From Rhizophagus irregularis (lineage: Eukaryota), in NCBI RefSeq assembly GCF_026210795.1, contig NC_089434.1:2728001-2792000 (forward strand): a DNA stretch of 64,000 nt, given 5' to 3'. Made by a program: the position numbers and the translations under genes. This document shows, piece after piece, positions 37,460-50,306 of this stretch (positions are counted from its first letter, which is position 1; each line of letters begins with the position of its first letter). The notes beneath the pieces are model-generated. The model had not been told where the DNA came from, searched no databases, and saw nothing but the letters and a program-made list of their open reading frames with translations.

Positions 37460-38740
37460 AAGTATTCCGCAAATTTTGGAAGGAGTTGTATAGTTTACAC
37501 GAACTATTTGAACGACTATTGTGCCATCATCATAAATAATTTGTATTTAACACGTGAGGTGTTGAAGGGTTGGTTCTTAGATGGACGATTTTACTGGTAA
37601 TATCGCTAGTAAATAATCGATAAAAAAAATAAAAAATAACCTCATTTAAAAAATGGATTATCACTGAAATTTTTTAGGGCATATTACCAAATTGATTGAA
37701 CTCACTGAACAAGACTTTTTTGGACCTTTGAATAAAAAAAATGAAGATATTGCTACGACTAATTTTTTTTGTAACAATGTAATATTGTTTTTTCTATCCG
37801 TACTCCGAAATTTTTTGTGAAAAATTTCAGTTAACTTTTTTTGGAACTTTCAATCGTTATATTTTATCATTCATTCAAACTTCTAATAAATAAATAACGT
37901 CACTAAACTTCTTTGTTTATTTTTTCTTTCATTTCCATGCATAATGACTAATAAGTAACTGAATATCCTGGTTTGAAAAAATTTTTTTGATCGTTTCTTT
38001 ATATGTGATGCATTAGATACAGCATATTGTCTATTTTCATTATGTAAGATCAAATTTGACTAGTCTTTTCAATGATTTTGGTATCATTGTAAACACAATT
38101 TCTATTGTTTTTTGTTTCATTGTGAACAAGAATTTTCGATGCTTTTTATGCATTCTTGTTATGCAACTTAGACCAAAATAAAAATGATTACGAAAATGGT
38201 GATATTGATAAGATTCTATTTTATGTAGTAGGACGATATAACGATATTTTTTAAAATTTTAAATTATATTTGATATTTTTATTTACGTAATATTAATAAT
38301 AAATATTCATTTTTAATATTGAGCCTCCACGGTGTATCGTAACGTATATAAACTTAATTACAATGGAAAAAAATGTTTAAATTCACGGCTCAAAAATCTC
38401 ATAAATCCGACAAAGAATCAACAATGAAATTGATTGTGTTACCTCTTTAAGGATTTAAAATCAAGATGATCAATTGACTTTGTTCAATTTTCCTTATATA
38501 TGTAAAATGGGATCTAACTTCTTTTAGGTTTTAAACCATATCAATGAAAAACTCTTCCGTCTCTGATATTTTCATATGACATTTTAATATTAAAATATTT
38601 AATATATGCATAAAGGTATCATCCGGTGATGTTTATTTCCTTAATTGCTACTTTATGTATGCAAATTAATATGTATTAATAAACTCATTTTTGATTTCTT
38701 CATTGTAATGTAAACACAAACACATGCAACATATTCTTTT
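37460..38740 (-). repeat. Inverted copy of 22405-23480
   Basis: Reverse-complement similarity in colinear blocks, with insertions in each copy. Confidence 0.85.
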
Positions 38741-39091
38741 GGTAATATTAGAAAGGTTAAAAAAAAATTTAGCGTAAAATTTATATATAGATTTTTACTA
38801 ATGAACTTATTACAAAAGATGAAAAGAAATTAGAAAGTTTCAGTAACTTAATGTAGTATATTTATGTAAACATTCTTATATTTTTAAATTTTACATGTAT
38901 TTTTAGATCAGAATAAAAGGAAAGAATTTTACTGTTCGACTAATATAAGTTAAAAACAATATAAAAAGAATAAACTACACCCATCCCATTCTTCATCGAA
39001 TTCAATGTTCGGAATAAAGAATTTAATAATAAAATATTTTCAAAAAATATTTACTTTTTCCCCTTATTTTTAAAAATAACAAACGACAAAT

Positions 39092-39477
39092 ATGTAAAAT
39101 TCGATTTTGAACTTTTTTATTCTTTTATCTCTCACAACTATTTCATCGGCTTCGGCTTTTACAACTGATAATGGATTATTATCTAGTACGCTCGAAAAGC
39201 GTAATCAATGCAAATGTTCATATGCAACACAGAGGTCGCAGGAATATTTAAAAAAGACTTCGAAGATACAAAAGCGTCTTACGGATTTAAAATTGTTGAT
39301 GAGTGTAATAATACACTTTTCGATCTCACGGATGGATTGAATATAAAAGTACCAAATCTTTTAGACACAAGTTCACTGATATGTCCATTGACTGATGACA
39401 ATGGAATTCTTACCACCATAATAAACGTCATTGCAATAGCAGTAAATTCAAGAAACGTGGTCCTAATGGTGCAATGA
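39092..39477 (+). pseudogene. Small secreted cysteine-containing protein pseudogene
   Basis: ATG at 39092 is followed immediately by TAA. The frame then gives a signal-peptide-like NSILNFFILLSLTTISSASA, a Kex2-type LEKR site and NQCKCSYA. A frameshift leads into TEVAGIFKKDFEDTKASYGFKIVDECNNTLFDLTDGLNIK. Confidence 0.6.
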
Positions 39478-41704
39478 CAACTCAAAATGGTGAAGGCCAT
39501 GGTTCTAAATAATATTAGAATTATAATTTCAATTTTTTATAGTTTTATTATTTATATTTTTTTGTTCACTTTATGTTAAATGACTAGCTAGAATAATTCA
39601 ATTCATACAATTTATTCCAATGGAACCGTTAAAGGATTTGTTCTTTCAGCAGATACATTAAATAAACAATCAATTTTTTGTCTTTTGCAAAATTTAAAAT
39701 TTGACCCTATAAATTTTTTATTGTTAGACAAAATACTTTTTCTCTAATTGAAGGAAGTTATGCATATTTTTTATATTCGAAAAACATTTATATAACAACA
39801 TTTTATACGAGCTTCCACTACTGAATGGACAGAATGGCCGCTACCTAAAAATGATTTCTTGTATTGCGCTAGTCGTATCGGTTTCACAAATGCCTGTGTC
39901 CGTCCGGCACGTGATGATGTACAATGATAACTGCGCTTCGGACTTGATAACGGTTTCCGTTTCCTAGTACTAAATGATTTCGATATTTATATTTTATTTA
40001 CAAAAATTAATTTTAATGTATAATTTAATTATATATTTCTTCTTTTATAAGAAATGAAAATGGGAAATTCAATCTCTTGCAGAAATGTATATCGTGCCTC
40101 TGTGGACGAGAAAGGTGAGTGCCAACTGTTGGATGCTAGGTTAGAGGCTCGTCTCATCGTACTGTCGGCCAAAGCCTTTCTAGTCATTCTATCAATTCTG
40201 CGCACCACAGTCTAAAGCCAAGTAATATGCAAAAAAGGTAGCCAAATTTTTAATATTATATATATCACGTGATTTAATATATAGATTACGTGATTTCAGT
40301 AATATCTTTATTCCGCTTTTTTTCCGCACCGTTCTCAACGAAATTCCAGTATAAGAAATAGGCTGAATTGTTTGAAAAACAATAGGGTTTTTGGCAGCTT
40401 TTAATATTATTTAAAGCTATTGGAGAGAGTTCATTAAGTATTTTTTTTTCAAATTTCTTACAATATATATCCTATCCATGTACAATTAACTGATCATTTT
40501 CACTATCCTCTAATAAAATATCTGCAACAGTTTGTAATTCTAATAAGTGCTTCTGTTTTTTTATTTCTTGAGTATGTTTAATTGTACATTTCTCTTTTTT
40601 GGAGATATATTTGAGTTGTGATTTAAAGATTAAGTGAAAAGGATTTCAGGATACAGGTTGAAGATTATTCACTTATTGAAAATTCCGGTTCAATAATCTT
40701 AAAAATAATAGATTTTATGATTGAATTGTCTAATTGGAAAAAATTCTCTGTTATTATAATCACAAAATAATACTCTATCAAATAACAGGCTTAATTGCCG
40801 GTCCGCCACTCAACGGTACAAAATAATCGACACCTTTATATAACAAATACTATTGATCTGGTATGTATTAACATAAATACTTCAAAAATTTGTGGTAGGA
40901 TCAAGGTGTGCCAAAAAAAAAGTAAAATAAAAAAAAATATTGAAAATATTATATAATTTTCGTATAATTTGCAAAATTCGCGTATAAAAAATCTCAACTT
41001 AACTAAAATATAAGGTGGAATGGTGACTTCCTCCAAGGTAAACTTGTTAAATTTTATATCGAACGATAAAAAATTTTTTTTCATGTTTAATGTTATTGAT
41101 TGGTGAGTCATCGTTACACTTTGACGTGACCTTGTGGGACAAAATCGGCATCAATTAACGTAATTCATATAAAATCTGTGCCGGATCTACAAATTAATTT
41201 CGTACCGCGGGAATTTTTTTAAACTTATTTATCACACGTTATTTGTCACCGTGATCGGCCTACTTTTGTACCGTTGAGTTGACGGAATGATAAAAAAATT
41301 TTTTTCTATTTATTTTTAGCTTCCCTTTAAAGTTACTTTGGCTTTAGATTGTGTGCACCGTATATAACTTTTTTAATGAAAACTGTTACCCAGAATGATA
41401 GAATTATGATCTTTAAAATTCTTTAAAAACGAGTTGAAAGTTTATCTTAAAAAAAATTTCAAATACTTTAAATACTTTAGGTGAATTATAATTTTTCGGC
41501 ACTATTTGGTCTGGCAGCAATGACTACACCGAGCCGCTCGGAGTGCGGTTTTTTATAGTTCCATTAGTGGAGGCGCTTCTTGTTGAGCAGGATAATCTGC
41601 ACGCATTTTCACAATAGTACGATAAGGACGAAAGAGGTATAATATATGGAAATCCAGCACCGGCGCCACCGGCAATTACAGCACTACCAGCAGCAGCATA
41701 TTAA

Positions 41705-42860
41705 CATGGACGGAGGATATGCGATTATTTATCCTGATTATACGCCGCCGTCAATAAACCTTTGCTCCATATACAGTATGTCGATCCGTGACTTTTTTTC
41801 CAGAACTCACGTGATGTTAAACTTATTTATATCACAGATCAAATACGTTTATTAAAGTTGATTTTCAACGGGAACCGTATATAATATTACTATTTTTCAA
41901 AGCCCTGAAACGAGGTTATCTTATATAGTACAGCACCAAATCCAAATGAAAAATCTTTATGGTTATATTTTGGAAGACCGTAGTAATCATTATAATTGGA
42001 ATATATCATATCCTATTTTAACAAATTTTAATGGTGATATTTTAATTTTACCAAATAATACTCTCGCAACTTCTCAACTGATCACAAGATCGGGTGCACG
42101 TGGTAAGGTTATACGAACGAGAAACAATATATATCGTATAAATTTTTTTTAACTTGTATAAACTTTTAAATGTTACTAGATCATGGTTATGGAAATTTAC
42201 ATATCTTCAGCACAACTCCGAACATTGGTGATATTATAGATCCATCTGAAATAATCCCTTACAATTAAATTTTATAGTAATGTTGATTTATCACTTGATG
42301 ATGGTTCTAGTCATGGTAATAATACGTCAAATTACTTCTGTAAGCCACGATAATTGAGATTTTGTGAAATCTATTGATGACTATGCTATTGCAATCACAG
42401 TAATTAATAGTATTTTTAATCAGCCTATTACGGTATGTTTTAATTGAATGATGGTTTTGTAAAGAGCAAATATTTTCGGGAACCTATAATTGGCATATAA
42501 GATAATGTCTGGAATTTTATGACAAGTAAGTGCTTTATCTTATTTAAAATTAAAATAATGTTACATATACATAAAATTAATTCTTTTTTTTTATAATAGT
42601 TCAACAAGAAGCTAAAAAAATATGTCAAATATGTATGAAAGACTAAGATGACGAACGAATAACTACACATCGAAGATATAAATACATCAGTTTCACCTGA
42701 ACAATATTTTTTATCCATTGATCTTAAAAAAACCAGAATAAAAATGAAGGATCTGTTAATATAATCGCTAGTGTAGATACAATAAACTTATTACTGTTAT
42801 TGGTTCTGGAGAGTATACAAATTATTTAGATGAAGAATATGGAGATACGTAACCATATGT
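41705..42860 (+). pseudogene. Decayed member of a large Glomeromycotina protein family with an Ig-like (Big_5/SbsA-like) segment
   Basis: Fragments in colinear order: MDGGYAIIY; LYGYILE...WNISYPILTN...ILPNNTL; DHGYGNLHIFSTTPNIGDII; TIKFYSNVDLS; AITVINSIFNQP; EPIIGI*DNVWNFMT then gtaag; VIGSGEYTNYLDEEYG. Many disablements; family call from recollection of motifs only. Confidence 0.55.
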
Positions 42861-43914
42861 AAGGATTAAATTTTTCTTTTCGGATGAAGGATTTCATCTC
42901 AAGTAACTAAATAATATTTTTTTTTCTTTTGTAAAAATAGCTAGGTGGTAGTCTTGTTGGAACGATTGTATTAAATGTCTATTGCTTATTGAGTGAATAT
43001 ACATCTAATATTAATATATTATTAAAATTACTATTTAATTTTTTTTTAATTGAATACTGACAAAATGGAAAAAAAAATTTTCTAACTTTTTTCTTTTTTC
43101 TTTAGAGCAAACCCAAATGATGTAAAAGTCATCATGGAAAAATTGGGAATTGACAATCTAATATATAGGGAATTTAATGCAAGTTGGAATTTTTACAGAA
43201 AAATTAATAGTAGTTTGTAAAAATTTAAATGAACTCGAAAAATTATTAGAATTTGAATAAAAATTAACGCCAACAAGGAAGAATTGAAAGAAGTTAACAT
43301 AGAAGAATCGAGAGAGACCAAGTAGCCAACAAGGAAGAATCGAAATAGGTTAGTAAAGATGAAGAGAAAAGGGAAGAAAGTAATAGAAGGAGTAGTATGT
43401 GGGAAGAAGTTAAGAGATAGAGTAATAGATTTATAAATTTGCAAGAGACATGCGAAGAGGAGGCTAAAAAAATAATAGAAGGAGGACAGCCGGAAAAGAA
43501 ATATCGAAAAATTTCAAAATGGTTGAGAGGTTATAAAGATAGCCAAATAATTGCGATATTATAGCAGGAGTTATTTAGAATTTCTTGGATCAAAGTTACG
43601 AATTATCATCTATACGGTAGAACATAGTTACTTATTAAGGTTAGTTAAAAAATTCGAGAATCAATGAATACAATGTGAGGAATATTTTTCCATTTATATA
43701 CAAGTGTTTTTTTGAAGTAAATCAATTTATTTTTATCTTTTCATTGTTGCTGATCTTTTCCTTCGTTTTTATTTTTAAATTTCAAAAAAAAAATTTCATT
43801 GTTTCAAAAATATATTCTTTTAAAATTACGATTGCGACGAAAAAAAATTAAAAAAATAATAAAATTTTAGTTAAAAAATTTGAGAAAAAACTATTTTAGG
43901 GTTTAAAAAAAAAC

Positions 43915-44954
43915 ATGTCAACTCTTAAAAGATGTAATTTTACAAATCTTTGCAATGGGTATAGGTGTGGTTGTTTAAGGTGCGTTCTACAAAGTGCGCC
44001 TGGCGATGACGATTTATGTAAAGGATGCGGACATCACCAAAGCTATCATGAAGACGATAATAATGTTCTACAGAGTTTAAATAATCTTCAAAAATTTAAT
44101 GAAGTATTAATTTGCGCATTAAATAGCAAGTACAGTCAATATACGGTTCCTATTATTCCTGTCCAACAAAACTGTTTTGAGCCTCAAGTAACTCTTCATT
44201 CGGACGAGACCATGCATCCAAATACTCAGTCAAATGACGCAAATATTCCTGTTCAACATATTGAACCTCAAAATCAATCTCATAACGTGCTAAATCAATC
44301 TTCTGCACATATTTTTGAACAAAATTTTATTTCTCAATCTTTTCCGGTCAGCTATATATCAAATCAAGTACTAAATCAAATGCTTTCTGATCAAAATTTT
44401 GATCAAAGTCACGTAAATCATAATAATATCGAAGTGTCATCAAATAACATCGCATCTTTTGCAAACGATAAGTTTGACCTAATTTGTTTAGTTGGTAGTT
44501 TAAAAATACCAAAAAAGTAAGTATGTGTATGATAAAATAGAAATATCATATTAAAGTTTATTTAAATAATATTTATTTATTTTCTTTAAAAAAAATTTAG
44601 TTGTGCAAGATTGGAGAAAGTTGGTTTAAAAAAAGAAATTTGCTTTCATAATGATTCTAATGGCCAGATAAAGAGAGCGATTGAAGAAAAACTATCCCCC
44701 CATTTAGAAAATGTAGATTGGATGTTTTACAAATGTAAATCATCAAAACTTGTACCTGCTGATGATGTATCAATTGTTGAATGTCGTTTTAATGATTTAA
44801 AAAGGTAAAATTTCTATAATTTAAATTTTTCCATATAATATTGAGATTATCTTATCAGTTATTAATTAATTATATTATTTGTATCAATAGGATTTCAGGC
44901 AGCAGGAAAAAGTTGTATATAGGAACAAAAGATGGGCCAATTATTATGACTTAA
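43915..44954 (+). CDS. Family gene A1, join(43915..44516,44601..44804,44891..44954), 289 aa; N-terminal Cys/His cluster, Q/N-rich linker, conserved C-terminal domain
   Basis: Two phase-2 GT-AG introns give a continuous frame ...KIPKN-CARLEKVGLKKEICF...NDLKR-ISGSRKKLYIGTKDGPIIMT*. The structure is conserved in four paralogues. Confidence 0.9.
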
Positions 44955-45408
44955 AAAATAATTTTGAAATCTAATATGATAAAAAAAATTATAGAAGGCA
45001 TGCAATGTAATGACTGTTGGGAATTGGATGACTGAAAGAAGTAATTAAATATATTATTTTTTGTATATTCTAATAAGATGTCAAATCTGCTCATCTTATA
45101 GACATGTCACTGCAAAATGAGTTAAAAATTATTTGTATTTAACTATAGAATCTTTATAAGAATATTATTATTTATTTATTTATTTTATAAATAAAAGTAA
45201 TTGAATCATTGTAATGGGAAATGTGTCATACATAACGTTAGAACCATTTATTTTTACTTAGAAACCGTGAATACATCGTTTAGTTACAAACTCGTTATGA
45301 CTAAAAGGCACTATATGAGTACACAGCTAAACTTGACATACAAAATCCAACAGGCGGACCGCCCTTCGTTAACGTTAGAACCATTACAGCTGTTTTCATA
45401 AGACCTGG

Positions 45409-45551
45409 GACAAAATAAATTTTTGAACCCCACCGATCCGGTTCAGTTGTTATTTATTTTACAAAATCAAACTATCAAATCAGGATCACGTGCCCAGCTA
45501 AAAATACCAGATCGGCGGATCGGCGGATCGGGTTCAAAAATTTAGTTTGTC
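45409..45551. mobile_element. Small MITE
   Basis: TIRs gacaaaataaatttttgaaccc and gggttcaaaaatttagtttgtc (21/22), with internal cgatccg/cggatcg repeats. Confidence 0.7.
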
Positions 45552-46527
45552 TGTAAAACCAAGTGGAACGAAATGCATATCGGATCACGTGACGTTACAA
45601 TTTTTTTTTAAAAAAAGGAATTTTTGTGCAGATCATATAATTCTGACCGGAATTATGAAAGTCAATAGGCTGAGTTATAGCGTAAGCAACGGTTTGGTTT
45701 ACTGTAGTCGGCATCACGGCATCATGCGTTTTATACGTTTGGCTTCATAGCACTAGCTGGTCGGCGTTAATTAAATTACAGCGTTAAATTGGCATTGCAC
45801 CATTTACGACCTATTATTACGGTTTTACGGCATGTGCCGATTGTGCCGTAACTCTGACAGTACCTATAGATTCTGCTCAATTAATATTAAACCTTGTCAT
45901 AAATTACACAATACGTCGTTGATTAATGGTGTCTATCATTTGTTATATTAAATAAACATTAATTTTTGTTGAAAACTTAAATCAGTATTTGTAATGGAGA
46001 ATAGCAATAGCGAACAATTAACAATAATAATTGATACTAATATTGTAAATAATAAGCAATTGTTGCCAATAATATATGATATCAGCCGGCTTTTTGAAGT
46101 CGGTTAGGTTCGTTCCGATTCGTTTCGGTTCGTGGAACCGAAACCGAATCCCTTGTAAAAAAGTCGGTCCGTTTTTTATATTCCACCTTTTTTCCATAAA
46201 AAGCTCATGCTTCCGGAATTAATAACCTTATACCGCTGAATTTATCGAATTACAGTATTTACATTTTCTGTGAATGGATCAGTGAAAGGAATTTTTACTA
46301 AATTTTTACAGAAATAACGGATAAAATTTTTTATAGGAAAACCTTTTTGGTGTCTGCTTTTCCTATCCAAAAATCAAATAAAGAAGTCACTCTATAAACT
46401 GAATCGTATCATCGTCTCGCAAATTAATTCCTGAAAAAAAAAATTAAAGAATTGTGAAATTAAGCTCTTTATCTAGTAGTTTATTTACATTATATACAGT
46501 ACTTATACGCTAAACTAAAATGTTCAT

Positions 46528-46936
46528 TTATCGCAATTTTCGAATTACTGAGAACAGTTTAAAGAGGAAAATAAAATAAAAAAAAATGATTTTTTTCAAA
46601 AACCCACGAAAACAGTAAATTTTATTGCATTTTTAGATAGAGAAGGTGCGATTATAACCTGAAAATGTTAATTTTAGAGCAGAAAACTTAATTTTTCGGT
46701 AATTTTGCATATAAGCGACTTTTGAAATTTTGTGTAACCTAAAAAGTTCTCTATAAGTAAACTTACCTAAGAGTTGGATTTTTCATCCTAAAATCAAGGT
46801 TTTCATGTTATAATCGCACCTTCTCCTTCCAAAAATACAATAAAATTTACTGTTTTCGTGGGTTTTTTAAAAAAATCATTTTTTTTATTTTATTTTCCTA
46901 TTTAAACTATTTTCAGTAATTCGAAAATTGCGATAA
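46528..46936. mobile_element. Foldback-type MITE with ~140-bp inverted arms
   Basis: 46528-46665 is the near reverse complement of 46799-46936 (ttatcgcaattttcgaattactga...aacccacgaaaacagtaaattttattg...gagaaggtgcgattataac). Confidence 0.85.
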
Positions 46937-49213
46937 TAAAGGTAACTATAAATTTTAAAAAAGACCTATGTTTAATATTTTTGTAGATGTTTTTGACATT
47001 AATTTTTAAGTACTTTCTTTATATACAAATAGGGTGCTTCGACCACATCATGAAATTTTTAGGCAGATCGGATGTAATTCCATATACTGTACATTCTACA
47101 TGAATTGAACCATTTCCTTTTTGATGTTGATCTTTTCGATAAGATCTCAATTTTTAATAAAGGTAACAAAAAAAAATCCCGAATTAAAAATATTGGAAAC
47201 TATCGCGTGACTTTCGCTGGAATAAACTAGGAAACGGGAACCGTTGTAAGTCCGGAGCGAGGTATAATAAATAAAGATGTAGCGATATTCATAACGCCTT
47301 GGAATTCCGGTAATTTTCTGCTGATTAGCAGCATAACGCCTTGGAATTCCTGGACAGAGAAACTCACGTGATTGAAAATTTACACGTTATTTCCATAGAT
47401 CATCATAGTGCGTAAACATATATAGTCCTTCGCTTATCACTTATAAGAAAACTAATGTTCGTTAATATAAAAAACTGAACTACTATCTAGTATCCCAAGT
47501 CGAAAAAAAGCCAAGTTGAAAAAAAAATTATTGAGACTCGAAATTGGATATATTTATATTATATACTCACGTTAAACGTTAAGATTGTATTACAAGACTA
47601 TTACATGTCACAATGAATAATGAATAATTTTTTTTATTCATATGGATATGAGTAATATATTTATCGCTGAAATTTTATAGATTTATAATTTATATTAAGA
47701 TTGCCATCGAATTTTTACAGCAACCTATTTCAACAACGTTGTTTTTTTTGCTTTAATTATAATTCTGTTAAAACCAATAAGTTTATAAGTCGGCATCACT
47801 AGGAATATCGGATATAATATTTTACATATATAATATCATAGTATTTTCACATCTAATTAACGATTCTCAAGCGTTTTGTGATATGATTCATTACTAATAT
47901 GTAAATAACTATAATTAATTTAACGATTCTGGGATTATTGGTATGAACCATAATATTAAAATAAGAGTTTTGCTAACTTGTCCCCCGGGTTAAATAACCT
48001 GAATTAAATCACCCCCTAAAATTTATATTTTATATCAATCATTGTTTTTCTTAAAAAAAAAATTATTTGTGTTATTATTCATTTCGCTTTATATAGATTT
48101 TATTTATTTGGATATTATAGAGCACAATGACCAAGTTTTCTTACATTTTGACAATGTCTCTCAATTTTGATTGTAATCATAATTTACATTTTTTTTTGAA
48201 AATTTGGGCAAAATTATAAAAATTTACTAGTAGGTTAAATCACCCAGGTTAAATCACCCTGGGTTAAAATTAGTCTTATACTTAAAATAATTAATATGTT
48301 TTATTACGTTCCGTATTTCTAGTAACACACTCGTGGTACTTAACAGTTAAGGCCGGGATAATGCGAGATTCGGCTGCATATTCTTTAATTAGAAACTCAG
48401 CCTTCGTGCCGCAGCGATTTTATCTGTGATCATCCCTCCAGTTACATAGTCGTAACGACGTAACGACGTAACAGATTAACAGTTTGATTTATTTGTGATC
48501 AACAAAGAACACGAAGAACATATACCGTTTATCCCATTTATAGGAGCAAATATCCAAAAAAAACAATTATCTGTTAAATAAAATGCACAATAAATATAAA
48601 ATAATTTACAAACGTCTTTTGATCAGCTGGACTGTAATTTTAGTGTCAAATTATTATACTTTCTATATGATGATATGACTGGTTGGTATACGGTAGTTTA
48701 ACAAATGTATGAAAATTGTAACAGATTATCTGTTGTAAGACCATGATTAATACTGAATAAATAACTTTAATTAACGATAATAAGTAATAATCAATTTTAA
48801 TAAATTTTCAATAAAAATAATATCCTATTAATATATTCTTTTCAGAAATACCAAAAAATCTCAATTTTAATAAAATTTTCAATAAAATAATAAATTCTTT
48901 TCAGAAATACTAAAAGATCATTTTTTTTTGTATCATAACAGTCTTTAGATCCGGATGCTGAAGGCGAGAATTAAACGGATAGTTTTAACAGATATTATTT
49001 GGTCGATCAATCTATTAGGATCATCTGATATTTCGCTAAATATCAAATATATCGTTATATTTGCAATCAAAAAGCAGTTCACCCAGTTTGTAATTACTTA
49101 TTAAGGTTAGTTAAAAAGTTCGAGAAAAAAAATATTTAAAGGTTCAAATTATTTTCATAGCTCTTACATTAAAAAAAAAAAAATTAAAAATAAAATTAAA
49201 ATTTAAAAAAAAC

Positions 49214-50306
49214 ATGTCAACTCTTAAAAGATGTCATTTTACAAATCTAAACAATGGGTATAAGTGTGGCTGCTTAAGGTGTATTCTAAAAAGTGCACCT
49301 GACGATGACGGTTTATGCAAAGGATGTGGACATCACCAAAGCCATCATGAAGATGATGACGATATTTTACAGAGTTTAAATAATCTTCAAAAATTTAATG
49401 AAGCATTAATTTCCATATTAAATAATAAGTACAGTCAATATAATCAATATAGGGTACCTATTCCTGTCCAACAAAACTTTGAAAATTGGTTTGAGCCTCA
49501 AGTAACTCTTCATTCGGACGAGACCATGCATCAAAATACTCCTGTTCGTCACACAGATCAGCAAACTAGTCATCTTGTTGTTCAACAACATATTGAACCT
49601 CAAAATCAATCTCATAACGTGCTAAATCAATCTCCTACACATATTTTTGAACAAAATTCTGTCTCTCAATCTCTTCCGGTCAATTATATATCAAATCAAA
49701 TACTAAATCCAATGCTTTCTGGTCAAAATTTTGATCAAAGTTACGTAAATCATAATATCGAAGGATCATCAAATAACGTCGCATCTTTTGCAAACGAGAA
49801 GTTTGGTCTAATTTGTTTAGTTGGTAGTTTAAAAATACCAAAAAAGTAAGTATGTATGTGATAAAATAGAAATATCATATTAAAGTTTATTTAAATAATA
49901 TTTATTTATTTTTTTAAAAAAAATTTAGTTGTGCGAGATTGGAGAAAGCTGGTTTAAAGAAAGAAATTTGCTTTAATAATGATTCTAATGGCCAAATAAA
50001 GAAAGCAATTGAAGATAAACTATCACCTCATTTAGAAAATGTAGATTGGATGTTTTATAAATGTAAATCATCAAAACTTGTACCCGCTGAAGATGTATCA
50101 GTTGTTGAATGTCGTTATAATGATTTAAAAAGGTAAAATATCTACAATTTAAATTTTTCTATATATAAATTGAGATTTTATATCTTATTAATTAATTATA
50201 CTACTGTATTTATATCAATAGGATTTCAGGCAGCAGGAAAAAGTTGTATATAGGAACAAAAGATGGGCCAATTATTATGACTTTAACAAATAATTTTGAA
50301 ATTTAA
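49214..50306 (+). CDS. Family gene A2, join(49214..49845,49929..50132,50222..50306), 306 aa
   Basis: Close paralogue of A1 with the same two phase-2 introns. The A1 stop is replaced by TTA, adding LTNNFEI*. Confidence 0.9.

Noticed and set aside
43195..43600. Purine-rich stretch ending ...FRISWIKV, possibly a LINE RNase H-region relic
   Set aside because: Too degraded to assign; no catalytic motif, TSD or tail found.
47290..47350. 19-bp direct repeat cataacgccttggaattcc with a 23-bp spacer, superficially CRISPR-like
   Set aside because: Only two copies, eukaryotic context and no cas genes. More likely a local duplication or transposon footprint.
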